Part shown: positions 24,019 through 38,247 of the stretch, piece after piece
How the letters are laid out: each line of letters starts with the position of its first letter
How positions within the stretch are numbered: the first letter of the stretch is position 1
Assembly (NCBI RefSeq): GCF_001194135.2
Contig: NC_068988.1
Coordinates: forward strand, 34,520,689-34,578,513
Length of the DNA: 57,825 bases
Source of the DNA: Octopus bimaculoides
Lineage: Eukaryota
Reading direction: 5' to 3'
Position numbers and translations under genes: made by a program
The notes under the pieces: model-generated
Databases searched by the model: none
What the model was told of the DNA's origin: nothing
Seen by the model: the letters and a program-made list of their open reading frames with translations, nothing else

Positions 24019-24411
24019 TATGTATACAGAAGTAGGCATTCATATTTGAATTTATTTACAAGCGAGTAGGAGAGTACTCCATCCTGATGCACTGAAATTA
24101 AACTGTTATATCACTCGAACTGGATTAAGAATATGCTCTCTTGCCACTCCGAGTCATGCAGGGGTTTTTTTTTTTGTCTAATTTGTGTGTGTCTATACAC
24201 ACACATGCTTGAATTGAAAAGCATGAAGTAAAAGTACTCCATGCTTAAATCATTTATTATAATATAGAAGTTGTGATTATTACCCGGCTGCTCCAAGTTT
24301 CACGTTTCGCCACTGTATATAAATGTATATAACACCTATATTACTCACACACGTATGCATACATATACACATACATATTCAAACATATATTCACACACAC
24401 ACACACACATA

Positions 24412-24491
<80 letters not shown>

Positions 24492-24796
24492 GATGTATGC
24501 ATACGCATTCTCTCAAAGACTGAAAACTTCACTAATTGTGACTCTGAGTTTTCACGATTTTATCGATTCTTAAAGGCAATAAAAATGGGCAAGTTGTTGC
24601 CACCAAAGAAATCAGAAGTACTCAATACATATATTAGAGTGAAATATTGAGGTTATAAGGTTATATTGTATTTTAACTGCTGTAAATGAAGAAGTAAAGG
24701 GGGGGGGGTTCTGCTTCTGTTTCTAGCAAAACTGGTTCTATCTAGTACCCTTATTTATATATATTTGACAGATTATTAACGGACATCCTAAAAAAC

Positions 24797-25306
24797 CCCA
24801 CAAATCGCATGAATAAGACTGAAGGTAAATCCGAACCCGTGTGGAAGAACACACCGCGTCTTCGGTCGGCATGCTAGAAATAGCAGTCAGTTTTCTCTAA
24901 TATCAAATTGTATTGATTTCATCCCACAAATCGCACGAACAAAATTAACGGTCAATCCGAACCTACAATGGAAGAACACACTGCGTCTTTGGTCGGCATA
25001 CTAGAAATAGCAGCCAAATATCTTTCGCATTAAATTGTACTGATTTTTTTCCCTTTCATATCGCACAAACGAATTTAAAAAGAAATCAAACATACGTAGA
25101 AGAAAGAACACACCACGTCTTCGGTCAGCATGCTAGAAATCGCAGTCGAATTTCCCCCATCAAATTGTACTCTTATATTTTCCACAAATCCCGCAAATGA
25201 ATTTAAAGGTAAGTCGATCCTATATGGAAGAAAGAACGCTCTCCATCTTCAGTCGGCTTGCTAGAAATAACAGTCAAATCTCCCTCATAGAATTATACTG
25301 TTATTT
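24797..25306. repeat. Tandem array of four diverged ~126-132-bp units
   Basis: Shared ccacaaatcgca...gaagaacac.c.cgtcttcggtcggcatgctagaaatagcag...aaattgtact; the ctagaaat anchor recurs at spacings of about 127, 132 and 128 bp. Confidence 0.9.
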
Positions 25307-25786
25307 CTTTGTTTTAAAGCAAGTACGTATTTGATTATGTATATAGCCTTACATTCATACTGTCAAGAAATAAAACGAGTAAAACAAGAAAAAAGAAAAA
25401 CAAAGCGGAATGGTCGTGTGTGGAACGTCTTTAATTCATCATTGACCTGGGGGTGGGTGTTTAATTAACGTATAATTACAACTACAGTAATGAAATTAAT
25501 GTCAGTATTAGTTAGTAATTAGTGTGAGATTAGAATATATTAAAAGTAGTCATTAAATATCTGTAATCAGTGATGAAAAGACTAAGATTTAGATTAGGTT
25601 ACTTATAATCAAATCTATTCAGGTGCGTTGTGTGTGATCTGTTCATTCGATTAAGTTCACCGATTTAATTACTCTCCCACACACTTAAAACATAAGATGA
25701 CTGTTCAGTGTGTGTGTGTGTGTGTGTATGTGTGTGCGCGCGTGTACACATGTATCGCTTATATATGCGTTTACATTCCTATGTAC

Positions 25787-25857
<71 letters not shown>

Positions 25858-26106
25858 TTTCTCTCTCTCATGTATATATATATATATATAGATAATGTGT
25901 GTGTGTGTGATTGAAGCATATAGGTGTTCAATACACCTTTGAGTTACAATTAAGTCTGATATATTTGTGTGTAATGCAAATAAATTACTCTCACTTACGT
26001 ATAACTATATAATATATATGTGCCTCTGTGTTTGTAAAAACATGCCTTTGTATTCCCGCCTGCACACACACTTACGTGTGTGTAGGTATGGATGTGTTTG
26101 TGTATG

Positions 26107-26155
<49 letters not shown>

Positions 26156-26202
26156 GTGTGTGCGTATTTATGTATACACACACATATATATGCGTGTGTG
26201 CG

Positions 26203-26244
<42 letters not shown>

Positions 26245-26319
26245 TGTGTGCTTATTTATATATATACACATAAAAATATATGAGTGTGCATATTTATACA
26301 CATACACACACACACACAC

Positions 26320-27089
26320 TGCCCGTCTGCAATCCTTACGGGATTTATTGATAGCAGATGGATACCCTTTCTTAGTTTTGTCAATATTACCTCTAGTATT
26401 ACTATATTTCAGTGGTTCATTACTTGTTGGGGATGCGTATAGCTATGTACACATGTATATGTGTACACACACACACAGGTAGTTAGTCACATGTATCTAT
26501 CGTCTGCTTGATTTCATATGTCGTTTGGCTAAAGTGTTCATATAATGTATACACATGCGAGTGTATAAAAAAAATTGTATATTTACATACACAGGAAATA
26601 TATATATTTTCACTTAGTGAGGTATATGTTTGATGTACATACATACATACATACACACGTGTTTAAAAGCTACACACGCGCGCGCACACACATACACACT
26701 CATGCATGCAGAGTATGTGTGAAAGTGTTGTCGGCTAAACACGTATATATCTCTAACACCTAATGATTTACAAGGTAGGTTATATTAAGCGATATTAAAA
26801 TGTGTTTGAGTGTATATAATAGGCTGGTGTATATGTGTTAGTATTCATATGTATGTGTATAAGCTTGTGCATGTCTATACCCTTTATATATGTATGTATA
26901 TTTTATGACTATTTTGTATGCATGTGCGTGCATAAACATATACACATATATATACATACATACACATACGCATATATCTGTCTCTCTCTCTATATATATA
27001 TACGCACATGTACACATACATATATTACGTGTATATATTTAAACATAGATATACACATATATACACACGTACAAATATATATATATATG

Positions 27090-27121
<32 letters not shown>

Positions 27122-27167
27122 GATAGATAGATAGGTATAGATAGATAGGTATATTCAGATATAATTG

Positions 27168-27221
<54 letters not shown>

Positions 27222-27507
27222 GCACACACTGTATATACACATACACGTACATTATATGGAGAGAGAGAGAGAGAGAGAAAGATGTGTGCGTGTGTATAAA
27301 AATATACGCGCGTATATAGTTAAATGTGTCATCAAAGAGTAATGTATTTACTGAAATATGGCAATACCAGTGGTAATCTTAATATTTCAGTCAAATAAAA
27401 TGGGAAGTGAAACACACAAACCTCAAAAATGTAACAAAACTAAGAAAGGGTATCCATCTGCTTTGGTGTATGCATCCATAAATCTCTTAAGGATTACAGA
27501 CGGAACA
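26320..27507. repeat. Long-range inverted repeat (arms ~26320-26446 and ~27316-27507) around a microsatellite-rich core
   Basis: 29-bp perfect core agcagatggataccctttcttagttttgt at 26353-26381 versus 27434-27462, with further homology on both sides; the ORF track shows ADGYPFLVL on both strands. Confidence 0.8.
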
Positions 27508-27600
27508 ATTGCATATATACATACATACATAAATGAATATACGCGCGCACACTCGCATTGAGAGAGATACACACACTCACGTACACATATACACGCATGC

Positions 27601-27671
<71 letters not shown>

Positions 27672-27763
27672 TATGTTTACATATATATATAACGCATAGT
27701 TATATTGGGTATACTTACAATATATAGTTATATCTAATTAGATGTGCACATATATATATATAT

Positions 27764-28241
27764 ACTCTTTACTCTTTTACTCTTTTATTTGTTTCAGTCA
27801 TTTGACTGCGGCCATGCTGGAGCACCGCCTTTAGTCGAGCAAATCGACCTCAGGACTTATTCTTTGTAAGCCTAGTACTTATTCTATCGGTCTCTTTTGC
27901 CGAACCGCTAAGTTACGGGGACGCAAACACACCAGCATCGCTTGTCAAGCGATGTTGGGGGAACAAACACAGACAAACAAACACACNNNNNNNNNNNNNN
28001 NNNNNNNNNNNNNNNNNNNNNNNNNNNNNNNNNNNNNNNNNNNNNACACACACACACACATATATATGTATATATACACAACGGGCTTCCTTCAGTTTCC
28101 ATCTACCAAATCCACTCACAAGGCTTTGGTCGGCCCAAGGCTATAGTAGAAGACACTTGCCCAAGGTGCCACGCAGTGAGACTGAACCCGGAACCATGTG
28201 GTTGGTAAGCAAGCTACTTGCTACACAGGCACTCCTGCGCC
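27764..28241 (-). mobile_element. SINE family A, young full-length copy with a gap in its central microsatellite
   Basis: Near-identical reverse complement of 38248-38640; (ctcttttac)n tail. Confidence 0.9.
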
Positions 28242-28939
28242 ATATATATATGCCATATATATGAGTTTCTCTCGATTTCCACAATGTTTGTTCTATAAGA
28301 TGTCTCGTCTGAAGGACACATCAGCTGGTAGTAGGGGATTCAGGAACCACCTTAGTTATTAGATCAACCTAGTTCTTTGAACTATGTCGTGTAAACTGGC
28401 CGACTATTCTATAGACATGAGTACCCAGAATGTATTTCCTAGATCAAATAAGTGACAATTCTGGTTGTTTGAATTAAAAGTACAATTCATCTAACTATTT
28501 CTGTCTACCCAATTTCATTCAACGCTTTTGTCAGCCTTGTTTTATTCTTATAGTAAGTAGAAAGCCATAAGTCTGGCTAAAACTGCTTTGGGATCGAACC
28601 CGGGATCTCATGATTGCTGTGCGAACTTCATAACCACTCCTGTCCGTATCTAAATTCCTGTATGTATCTATATTCACCTACATGTGTATGCCTGCACATA
28701 TTTGTATTATATATATATATAATGTTATATTTTAGAACAAACAGTAAAATGTTGTCGTTATAGTACTCGGAGTTTCGAATGTCGGAGGGAAGATCTATGA
28801 TGCATTCTCACCGGCTATTAATAGCAACAGACGCTATGAAACTCTGCATGTATAAATATACATACACGTGTAATATAAGGGTATGCTTCAATGTTTTATA
28901 TATATTTATATATATATATACAGACACACACACCTATAT

Positions 28940-28990
<51 letters not shown>

Positions 28991-29036
28991 TATACAGACA
29001 GATTATATGAATATATACACACAGGCAGACACTATA

Positions 29037-29095
<59 letters not shown>

Positions 29096-29301
29096 ATATA
29101 TATATATATATATACAGACACTATAATATATATTTATATATAAAACATTGAGTATATGTTTTACGTATTACACTTCTGTAAATCTTAAACTATTTTTACA
29201 GTACATATTCCATACATGCAGATAAAAATTACAGGTCTAGCCTTACTTTATATACATGCATGCATGTAGGAACTACAGGGGCTATTTTCCTCCACATGCT
29301 T

Positions 29302-29341
<40 letters not shown>

Positions 29342-29506
29342 GTAGGTGTGTGAATGTATGTTTACTGTAAAAAAAACTGCAATTTTACTTGCTTGAATGC
29401 ACGTCTGCGTGTGTTTAATTTTATTGCATATGGATTATGTATAAACGCTATGCAGCTAGCTTAAGATTCGTAGGTGTATAGAAATTCTTATATGCACGTA
29501 TAATAT

Positions 29507-29550
<44 letters not shown>

Positions 29551-30944
29551 TATATATGCACTGTATTTATGTATGTACATATATATGTACTATACATTTG
29601 TGTGTTAAATATGCATGTATGCATTTACACATCCTACAAATGTACACAAACACACAGATGTATGTTTATGAATATATGTATATAAATCAGGTTACAGTCT
29701 CAGAGGCACCAAGTGGCAATTGTAGCATATAAACTGCACCCTCTTACCATTCCCCACACCAATAATCTAAATGATCTATTTCTGTATTATCTACCTTACA
29801 GTCTTCAACTTTTATAAACGAGTGAATATTTAAGATTGATCTCAATAGAGGAAATACTTCCGAGATCCAAATTCTCTTTAAAATTAAACACTTGCTAGCT
29901 ATCATCAGTTCTAACTCTGTGCTCCTGCACCTGTTATTTCTCCATCATCATAATACTATTCTCTACTGCTGCCTTTAGCTTTAACGAACAACTGGATGGA
30001 TGTTTAAGGTCGATCCAATACTTGAAATAGTTTCGAGATCCAACAAAATTACAATAATCAAATTTGAATGGCAATAGCAAATGGGCAGACTTACTTAATT
30101 TTTATCAGTTGTTAATTAATAGATTTGCTGTTCTGTTTCTCTATTTCAATACATTAAACTTGTCGTGCAATAATTGAGCTTAATTATTATTTTTCTCTTA
30201 AATGAGATTGGTTGAACAAATCAGATTATTTCTAAAATATTATAGACACCACAATGCTAACTGTTGTAGCAAATTGGCAGAATAATTAGTGTTGGTTGGA
30301 GACAGTGCTTTGCTGTATATGTTCTGGCTCTTTATGTTCAGAGTTCAAATCCTACTGAGATCTACTTGGCCTTTTATCTTTATGAAATAAAGTATCTGCT
30401 CAGAATAATAGACTGTAAGGTTATTAGAGTGTTGGAGAAAGTGTTTTGTGGTGCTGACGTTTGCTTTGCAACCATGTTGTTTCAAGTTCAGTCCCACTGT
30501 GCAGCTCTTTGGGTTGACCAATGTTTTCTGAATGAAATTGGTGTGTAGAAACTGGGGAAATCCATCATGTATGTGTGTGTGTGTTTGTGCGTGTCTTTGT
30601 CTTCCTCACCTCTTAACAACTCTGTTGGTTTGTTTACATACCTCTAACTTTGTAGTTTGGCAAAAGAGACTAATAGAAATCACATAACTGCCAAAGAAGT
30701 TTCCAGGGCTCATTTGTTGAACTAATTGAGCAAAGATAGAACACTCTCTTCATTAAATCAAACAGATTTTTTAAAATCCTTTTGATTCCAACCTACCTGA
30801 CACTGCCCCTTGTTCTGTGATATGAATTTCTTACTTTAAAGTGATTTGAATTAATGCCTTCGGAATTAATTTATATGCAAACAATTAGCTTAATAACAAC
30901 TGTTATTTTTTATTTTCGAAATTAACTGAAATGTAAAAGGCACC

Positions 30945-31140
30945 CATGCCGGTGACACATAAAAGCACCCCCTACACTCTTGGAGTGGTGGACATTAAGA
31001 AGGGAATCCAGCTGTAGGAACAAAACCAAAATCAGACTGGAGTCTGGTACAGCTCTCCAGCTTACCAATTCCAGTCAAACCGTCAAACCCATGCCAGCAT
31101 AAAAAAACAGACGCTAAATGACAAAGATGGTGATGATGAA
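30945..31140 (+). mobile_element. RTE-type 3' tail repeat; similar pieces at ~32050-32195 (+), ~32850-33010 (+), ~36635-36790 (-), ~43605-43710 (-) and ~48585-48790 (-)
   Basis: aagggaatccagctgtag...ccgtcaaacccatgccagcat..aaa..gacgctaaa..gatgatg; the other copies share cccatgcaagcatggaaaagtggac and (gat)n ends. Confidence 0.6.
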
Positions 31141-33178
31141 AAGCAGTGTATTTTTCCCAACTTTTTTGTATTCTGAACTGGTTTCATGCAAGTGTTTTTC
31201 CACAGATGGGAGGATCACACACAATAAAGTGCATAACATATAATTTTATTATTACATATATAATACATATATGTTACATATATAATTTTATTATAACATA
31301 TATAATGCATATATGTTACATATATAATGCAGAAACACCCTGCAGACTACGATAGTCAATTGAAATAAAATCAAAAAAAATTTATTCTTTCTGTGCGGCT
31401 TGGCACCAAATCATCCACAGCCTAGTCTACAGTTTCTCTGTTAAACTGAGATTATTCAGCAAAACTATAGCACAAATCAGTTTAAATAAATATACTCAAA
31501 TTTCCAACATTAGACCATGAAAACCAATTCACATTATATTAGGGTTATGTATCTGCAGAGAATATTTATCATGTGCATTTTAGTTGCTTAAGTAACATTG
31601 CTATGTATTTATAAATGTGCTTAATGTAGCATTTAAGCTTTAGGGTTTTAGGTTTAGTTAAGTTTCGAATGAAACAGGATTTATACAAGAAAGGATCTGC
31701 TAATTCTAATTAGCTACATAATTTACTGCATCTAAGCTGTAGTGGGTAAAGGATTAGCTTTTAAATGGCATGAACAACTATCAAATATAAATAGTAGTGG
31801 AACTTATGTATGTATTAATTTAAATTTGTTTTTCATTCTCACCATTCTAAGCTGAACAATGGTTAAGAGGTTTGCTTCCCAACTACATGGGTTCAGTCCC
31901 TCAGACCAAATAATCTTGTGTATAGATTTGACAGACAGAACTAGAAGTCCATTTCATATATATAAATGTGTGTGTGTATGTATGTATGTATGTATGTATG
32001 TATAAGTATGTGAATATATGCATATGTACACGTGTGTGTATTTGCACCTCTTTGTCTTCACATTGTCTAAGAAATGAGCATCAGTCATACAAGGAGTGTC
32101 ATTCATTTTCAATCTTCCAAGAAAACATAACCGGAAAGGCATCTGGCCATAGAGAATCTGTCTCAACAAAGTCTGTCTGGCCCATGCAAACATGAAAATG
32201 TGAACTTTGAATCAATGACAATGGTCATTGCAATAAGAAGTTAAATCCATAAAATTAATAATTTCTGTGAATTTCTTTGGCTTGAAACATAATTGGCAAA
32301 CCTAACACAACACCAAGTTTGTGTATGTGCCATGTTCACTGAACAATATAAATATACATTGATCTTTCAAGTATACAGTTGGATCCATAAAGAAAACAGT
32401 AAGTGATAAAATAGATTTTAATTTAGGCTCTTTATGTAATATATGCATCATATATCATATGATACATAAAGACACTAAATTAAAAGATTAAGCTAGTGTA
32501 GTACTACTTGCATCACACTTGGTTAATTTTGCCCAGATGGGTTATTTTATAAATAGATATAAACGTGGCATAGCTGTGTGGTAAGAAGTTGGTTTCTGAA
32601 CCACATGGTTTTGGTTACCGTCCTACTGTATGGCACTTTGGACAGGTCTTCTACAACCTCAGATCAACCAAAGCTATGTGAATGGTGGATTTGATATGCA
32701 AATGGTGGATTTGAAACTGAAAGCCCATCAGGTATACTCTCTCTTGCGCGCACACACACACACTCACATTTTATATGCAGATGTGCGTGTATGCATCTAT
32801 GTGATAAGTATAAGTGAATGCCGTTGTCATGCTAGCAGTGTCCTTCATTTCCAGTCTTCTATGAAACATGTCCAGTCATAGGGAATATTACCTTACTTGG
32901 AAACAGGTGAAGGGTTACTGACATTAAGAGCATTTGGTTGGAGAAAATCCACATTAACAAACTCTGTTCCAACCCATACAAGCATGGAAAAGTGGACTTC
33001 AAATGATTACAATGATAACTATTATGTAATCATCAATCATTGTTTTTATGTTTATTGTTTCCATGATGGCATGGGCTGGACAGCATTTCAAGAGCTAGTA
33101 TTTTATAGTTTATATACCATTACTTGTGGAACTGCCAGATCTTTTTGTTTACCAGAGACATAAACAATATCATAACAA

Positions 33179-33331
33179 GGCGGTGAGCTGGCAGAAACAT
33201 TAGCACGCCGGGCGAAATGCTTAGCGGTATTTCGTCTACCGAGGTCGACTTTGCCTTTCATCCTTTCATCCTTTCATCCTTGCTTGTCCCCCCTATGTTT
33301 AGCCCCTTGTGGGCAATAAAGAAATAATAAG
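33179..33331 (+). mobile_element. SINE family B (tail variant) with internal deletions and 14-bp TSD
   Basis: TSD caatatcataacaa at 33165-33178 and 33332-33345; tail tgtttagccccttgtgggcaataaagaaata shared with the copy at 50444. Confidence 0.85.
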
Positions 33332-34049
33332 CAATATCATAACAATGGAAACAATATCAATGTGAAGGCATGTAAATACACACACGTATGCGTGCACATA
33401 TATAGACATACATGAGATTATGCACATATCATCANNNNNNNNNNNNNNNNNNNNNNNNNNNNNNNNNNNNNNNNNNNNNNNNNNNNNNNNNNNNNNNNNN
33501 NNNNNNNNNNNNNNNNNNNNNNNNNNNNNNNNNNNNNNNNNNNNNNNNNNNNNNNNNNNNNNNNNNNNNNNNNNNNNNNNNNNNNNNNNNNNNNNNNNNN
33601 NNNNNNNNNNNNNNNNNNNNNNNNNNNNNNNNNNNNNNNNNNNNNNNNNNNNNNNNNNNNNNNNNNNNNNNNNNNNNNNNNNNNNNNNNNNNNNNNNNNN
33701 NNNNNNNNNNNNNNNNNNNNNNNNNNNNNNNNNNNNNNNNNNNNNNNNNNNNNNNNNNNNNNNNNNNNNNNNNNNNNNNNNNNNNNNNNNNNNNNNNNNN
33801 NNNNNNNNNNNNNNNNNNNNNNNNNNNNNNNNNNNNNNNNNNNNNNNNNNNNNNNNNNNNNNNNNNNNNNNNNNNNNNNNNNNNNNNNNNNNNNNNNNNN
33901 NNNNNNNNNNNNNNNNNNNNNNNNNNNNNNNNNNNNNNNNNNNNNNNNNNNNNNNNNNNNNNNNNNNNNNNNNNNNNNNNNNNNNNNNNNNNNNNNNNNN
34001 NNNNNNNNNNNNNNNNNNNNNNNNNNNNNNNATATATATATATGCATAC

Positions 34050-34087
<38 letters not shown>

Positions 34088-34719
34088 GAAGTAGGCTACA
34101 TAGGTTGGTGCAGAAGTCCCTGGTTAACAACTGAGGTTAGTTTAGTTGAGTTTCCTGATGTACATCTCATTTCTCTGCTCTCTCTGTTCTGTCTGATTCA
34201 GATTTACTTCAACTACATATATATATATGTGTGTGTGTGTGTATATATATCTATAAAAGTTGATATATAAAATAGCAAACACATACATATGCAATATATA
34301 TTTTTCTATAAATCCACAAGCACATGTGTGTGTGTGGCTGTGTGTATTCACACACACACACACACACTTAAACACTCTTCATACTTCCATTTTTTTGTCT
34401 TGTTGTTCTACCTGTTACCGAGTAAGTTACTTTTTTTTCCCTTGAGGTATTTTCAATGATGAACCTATCAAAAACTAGTCATGTTTTAGTAACAGATGTA
34501 ATCCATGGGAAGCCTATATATCAGTGTCATTCTTTTTCTGCAGGACGGTATCATTGTTTTCCCACATACATGCATATGAATGTGTATCAGAGTGTGTGTA
34601 TGTTTATGTGTAAATATACATGTTTAGATGAATGTGTACACACACACACACACACACATCTGCACCTATATATTAATACATATATATATCCATATATATA
34701 TATATATATATATATATGT

Positions 34720-34762
<43 letters not shown>

Positions 34763-35137
34763 CAATACGTATGGTTATATATGTAAATGAATATGAACTT
34801 TGACAAATAACTGTGAGGATATAAATAATAAAGACAAAATAGATATATTAAACACCATGCAAACTAAATCCCTGCTGTATTGAAGTTATTTGCTGTTTGG
34901 AAGGAAAATAAATGAAATCCTTGTGGCAAATGCGATCACAGTGAACTGAGAATCTCTAGTATTAAGAATTCTTCAAAATTGACATGCAATTAAGAAAAAG
35001 ACAGTCTGATTATTTGGAGACAAGAGGACAGAGGTGGATAAATGTTTCTGCATCAGATATACATATGTATACATAGGCACCTATTTGCATTTATACAAAT
35101 ATGTATATATGCTTGCATATATGCACACACATATATA

Positions 35138-35176
<39 letters not shown>

Positions 35177-35627
35177 NNNNNNNNNNNNNNNNNNNNNNNN
35201 NNNNNNNNNNNNNNNNNNNNNNNNNNNNNNNNNNNNNNNNNNNNNNNNNNNNNNNNNNNNNNNNNNNNNNNNNNNNNNNNNNNNNNNNNNNNNNNNNNNN
35301 NNNNNNNNNNNNNNNNNNNNNNNNNNNNNNNNNNNNNNNNNNNNNNNNNNNNNNNNNNNNNNNNNNNNNNNNNNNNNNNNNNNNNNNNNNNNNNNNNNNN
35401 NNNNNNNNNNNNNNNNNNNNNNNNNNNNNNNNNNNNNNNNNNNNNNNNNNNNNNNNNNNNNNNNNNNNNNNNNNNNNNNNNNNNNNNNNNNNNNNNNNNN
35501 NNNNNNNNNNNNNNNNNNNNNNNNNNNNNNNNNNNNNNNNNNNNNNNNNNNNNNNNNNNTTGCATTTATACAAATATGTATATATGCTTGCATATATGCA
35601 CACACATATATGTGTGTGTGTGTGCGT

Positions 35628-35965
35628 GAAGGCACATGGCTCAGTGGTTAGAGCGTCAAGCTTACGATCATGAGGTTGTGAGTTTGAATCCCGGACCAGG
35701 CTGCATGTTGGGTTCTTGAGCAAGACACTTTATTTCACGTTGCTCCAGTTTACACAGCTGTAGAAATGAGTTGCGACATTACAGGTGCCAAGCTGTATCG
35801 GCCTTTGCTTTTCCCTTGGTTAACACCGGTGGCGTGAAGAGGGGAAGCCGGTATGCATGGGTGACTGCTGGTCTTCCATAAACAAACTTACCCTGACTTG
35901 TGCCTGGGTGGGTAACTTTCTAGGTGCAATCCCATGGTCAGTCATGACCGAAGGGGGGGGGGGTC
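35628..35965 (+). mobile_element. SINE family D, tRNA-derived head, single full copy
   Basis: A box tggctcagtggttagagc, B box gagtttgaatccc, then cttgagcaagacactt...cagctgtagaaatg, reminiscent of CORE/Meta-type central domains (not assigned). Confidence 0.75.
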
Positions 35966-37000
35966 TCAGCTATATATATATATGCACATATATGCGTGTA
36001 CATATACCACACACTTTACACATATATACACACAAATACACTAGTGTATGTTATTCTCAAATTACTTGTGTGTTAAGTGTTCTGATCTATTACTCTTTTG
36101 TACTATTGTATATATATATATAAGGTATTTTATCCAACACTATATGTGTGAGTGTTTGTGCATGCATACATGCATGCATATATATATATATAAGACCAAA
36201 ATGTAGAAATGTCAGTTAAGATGAAATTCCAGCCAAGGATTGAAACTAATGTGTCTAATTCTAATTTTTTGGCTAGTAATATCGTGTATAGAGGTATTTT
36301 TCCATCTATTTTCACATAATACAGTATTGGCTCTACCCTGTTATCTCGACATACATGATGATGTATAAATGTAATGGCCAAAATTAAAATTCTGCCTCAA
36401 ATCTACAGCCCAATTTCATTGTACTTGCATTCTCCACAGAGGTAGCAACTCTTTTGACTACATTTAGCCATAAAATCAGAATATGAAGTTTCAGAAATGT
36501 ACACGATTCCAGAATTTTCAAGCAAACGGTTAAGAACACATGAAAATATGTAAAAAGACCTGGGTAAATAAAGATAGTCATATTTTCACTACACCATATA
36601 TCTGTCTGGCCATCTGCCTTTTGGTCTGTCTCTTCATCATCATCATCATTGTTTTTATGTCCACTTTTTCTGGACTGGCATGTGTTTGAAGAGACTTATG
36701 CATATTTTTTTATCAACACTTGTCTATATATATTTTTTCCAGCAGTCTTCATTTGTTGAAACTGGTGGCATATGAAGACTAGTGGAAAACACACACACAC
36801 ACAGTTAACTAAACCTGTGTATTTCCTTGTAACTGGCAGTTTAACCCTTTACTATTTAAACTGGCCTTATCAAGCTCAAATATTTTACAGGCTTTATATT
36901 CAAACCAGCCTGGTCCTGCTTCTTGCGCCTGCCCTACAGTATCATTCTAAAAATAAACAATCACTTTACTGCAGTTTTGAAGCTATGAGATAAGGCATAA

Positions 37001-37728
37001 TTAATTCAAAACAATGTAGAGAGTAATCTGAATGTTAAAGGGTTTGGGTATTCTTAAACGTTTGGTGTTTCTAATTGTCTCAAGGTCGTTAGATGATAGG
37101 TCTTGTTCATGTTGACTGGAAACATATGATGGCTTTGCTCTACGGCTAGTGATATGGTTATAGCGTTTTTGAAGAAGGCCAGTCATTTTGACAAATACCA
37201 GCCGATAGCTCTGGAATTGTCATCTACATGTGCAATCATGTGGCATAATTGGTCATGAAGCTGAGTTTTTGTTGGTAACAGCTGTTTCTTCACATTAGTA
37301 ATGTCAAATTTGTTTCTTAGAATTATAACATATGGTAGCATGTCAAAATGAGTTTGGATATTTTGCTTATGCTCAAGGTAGAATGGCAGATAATTCAGAG
37401 AGTCTCTGAGGCTTAATTTGATACCTTGGATCAGTTTCTGTATGCTTCTGTCCAATCTATGATTGCCTATCTGATGTTTGTATGTAATCCAAAATACTTT
37501 TATTTCCAAATGTGTTTGAAGAGAGCTCTGGATTTTTGACATGACTGTTGGTGTCAACAGCTTTTTGATGTTTCCTGTTGGCTTTCTACTGCAGGCTGAT
37601 GCATTGCATTCTGTTCCTTGTGGGGGATGAGGTATTTCACTTTTGAAGAGGTAGCTTCTATGTTGCTTCAGTTGTGTAGTTGATTCTACCTGTCTTTCGT
37701 ATTGCCATAAGTTATCTGCTCTGTTGTA
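37001..37728 (-). pseudogene. Unassigned open frame (181 sense codons, 37728-37186) with a frameshifted continuation; possible retroelement remnant
   Basis: Non-repetitive frame YNRADNLWQYERQVESTTQLKQHRSYLFK...GWYLSK*; the adjacent frame continues FQSYRLVFVKMTGLLQKRYNHI. No recognisable catalytic motif. Confidence 0.3.
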
Positions 37729-38096
37729 TCATTTCGATGTACAATATGTTCCACATACAGATGAAATTCCTCTTTATTTCTATTCAACAACTTGTGGGGC
37801 CTCTGTTCACTAGGAAAGAAACATAGTTACCACCCAGTGACAGGAGCTTTTTTGTAAAAATTTCCTATTTTATATTTTGATACAATCTGTTTTTTTTTTA
37901 TTTATGTTTTGCTGTGAAGATTTTGTTTGTTTGTATGTATGTTTGTGTGTATACACACACACACATATATATAGACTTTAAAAAGGATTTAGATAATCCT
38001 ATCAGGTGGTGCTATTAAGTTAGACATGGCCTGGACCAATCTTTGGTCGAAACAAATCTAAGTATTATCTAAGTTTTTATATATGTATATATACAT

Positions 38097-38135
<39 letters not shown>

Positions 38136-38247
38136 CACATACATGTATATATACACACATAAAACATACATATATGTACGCGTGTATGTATCCACAAACA
38201 CACTCATATATACTCACATATATACTTATTTATAAATCATGAACATA

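Noticed and set aside
24797-25306. CRISPR-like repeat-spacer array
   Set aside because: Whole units are homologous with no unique spacers, the context is eukaryotic, and there are no cas genes.
31240-31330. ~41-bp tandem duplication (also a 16-bp duplication at 7776-7831)
   Set aside because: Ordinary slippage in AT-rich low-complexity sequence.
34099-34125. Mariner-like TIR start taggttggtgcagaagt
   Set aside because: No matching second TIR or transposase remnant found nearby.
35083-35625. ~60-bp sequence repeated on both sides of a gap
   Set aside because: Same pattern of a gap-flanking duplicate; probably an assembly artefact.
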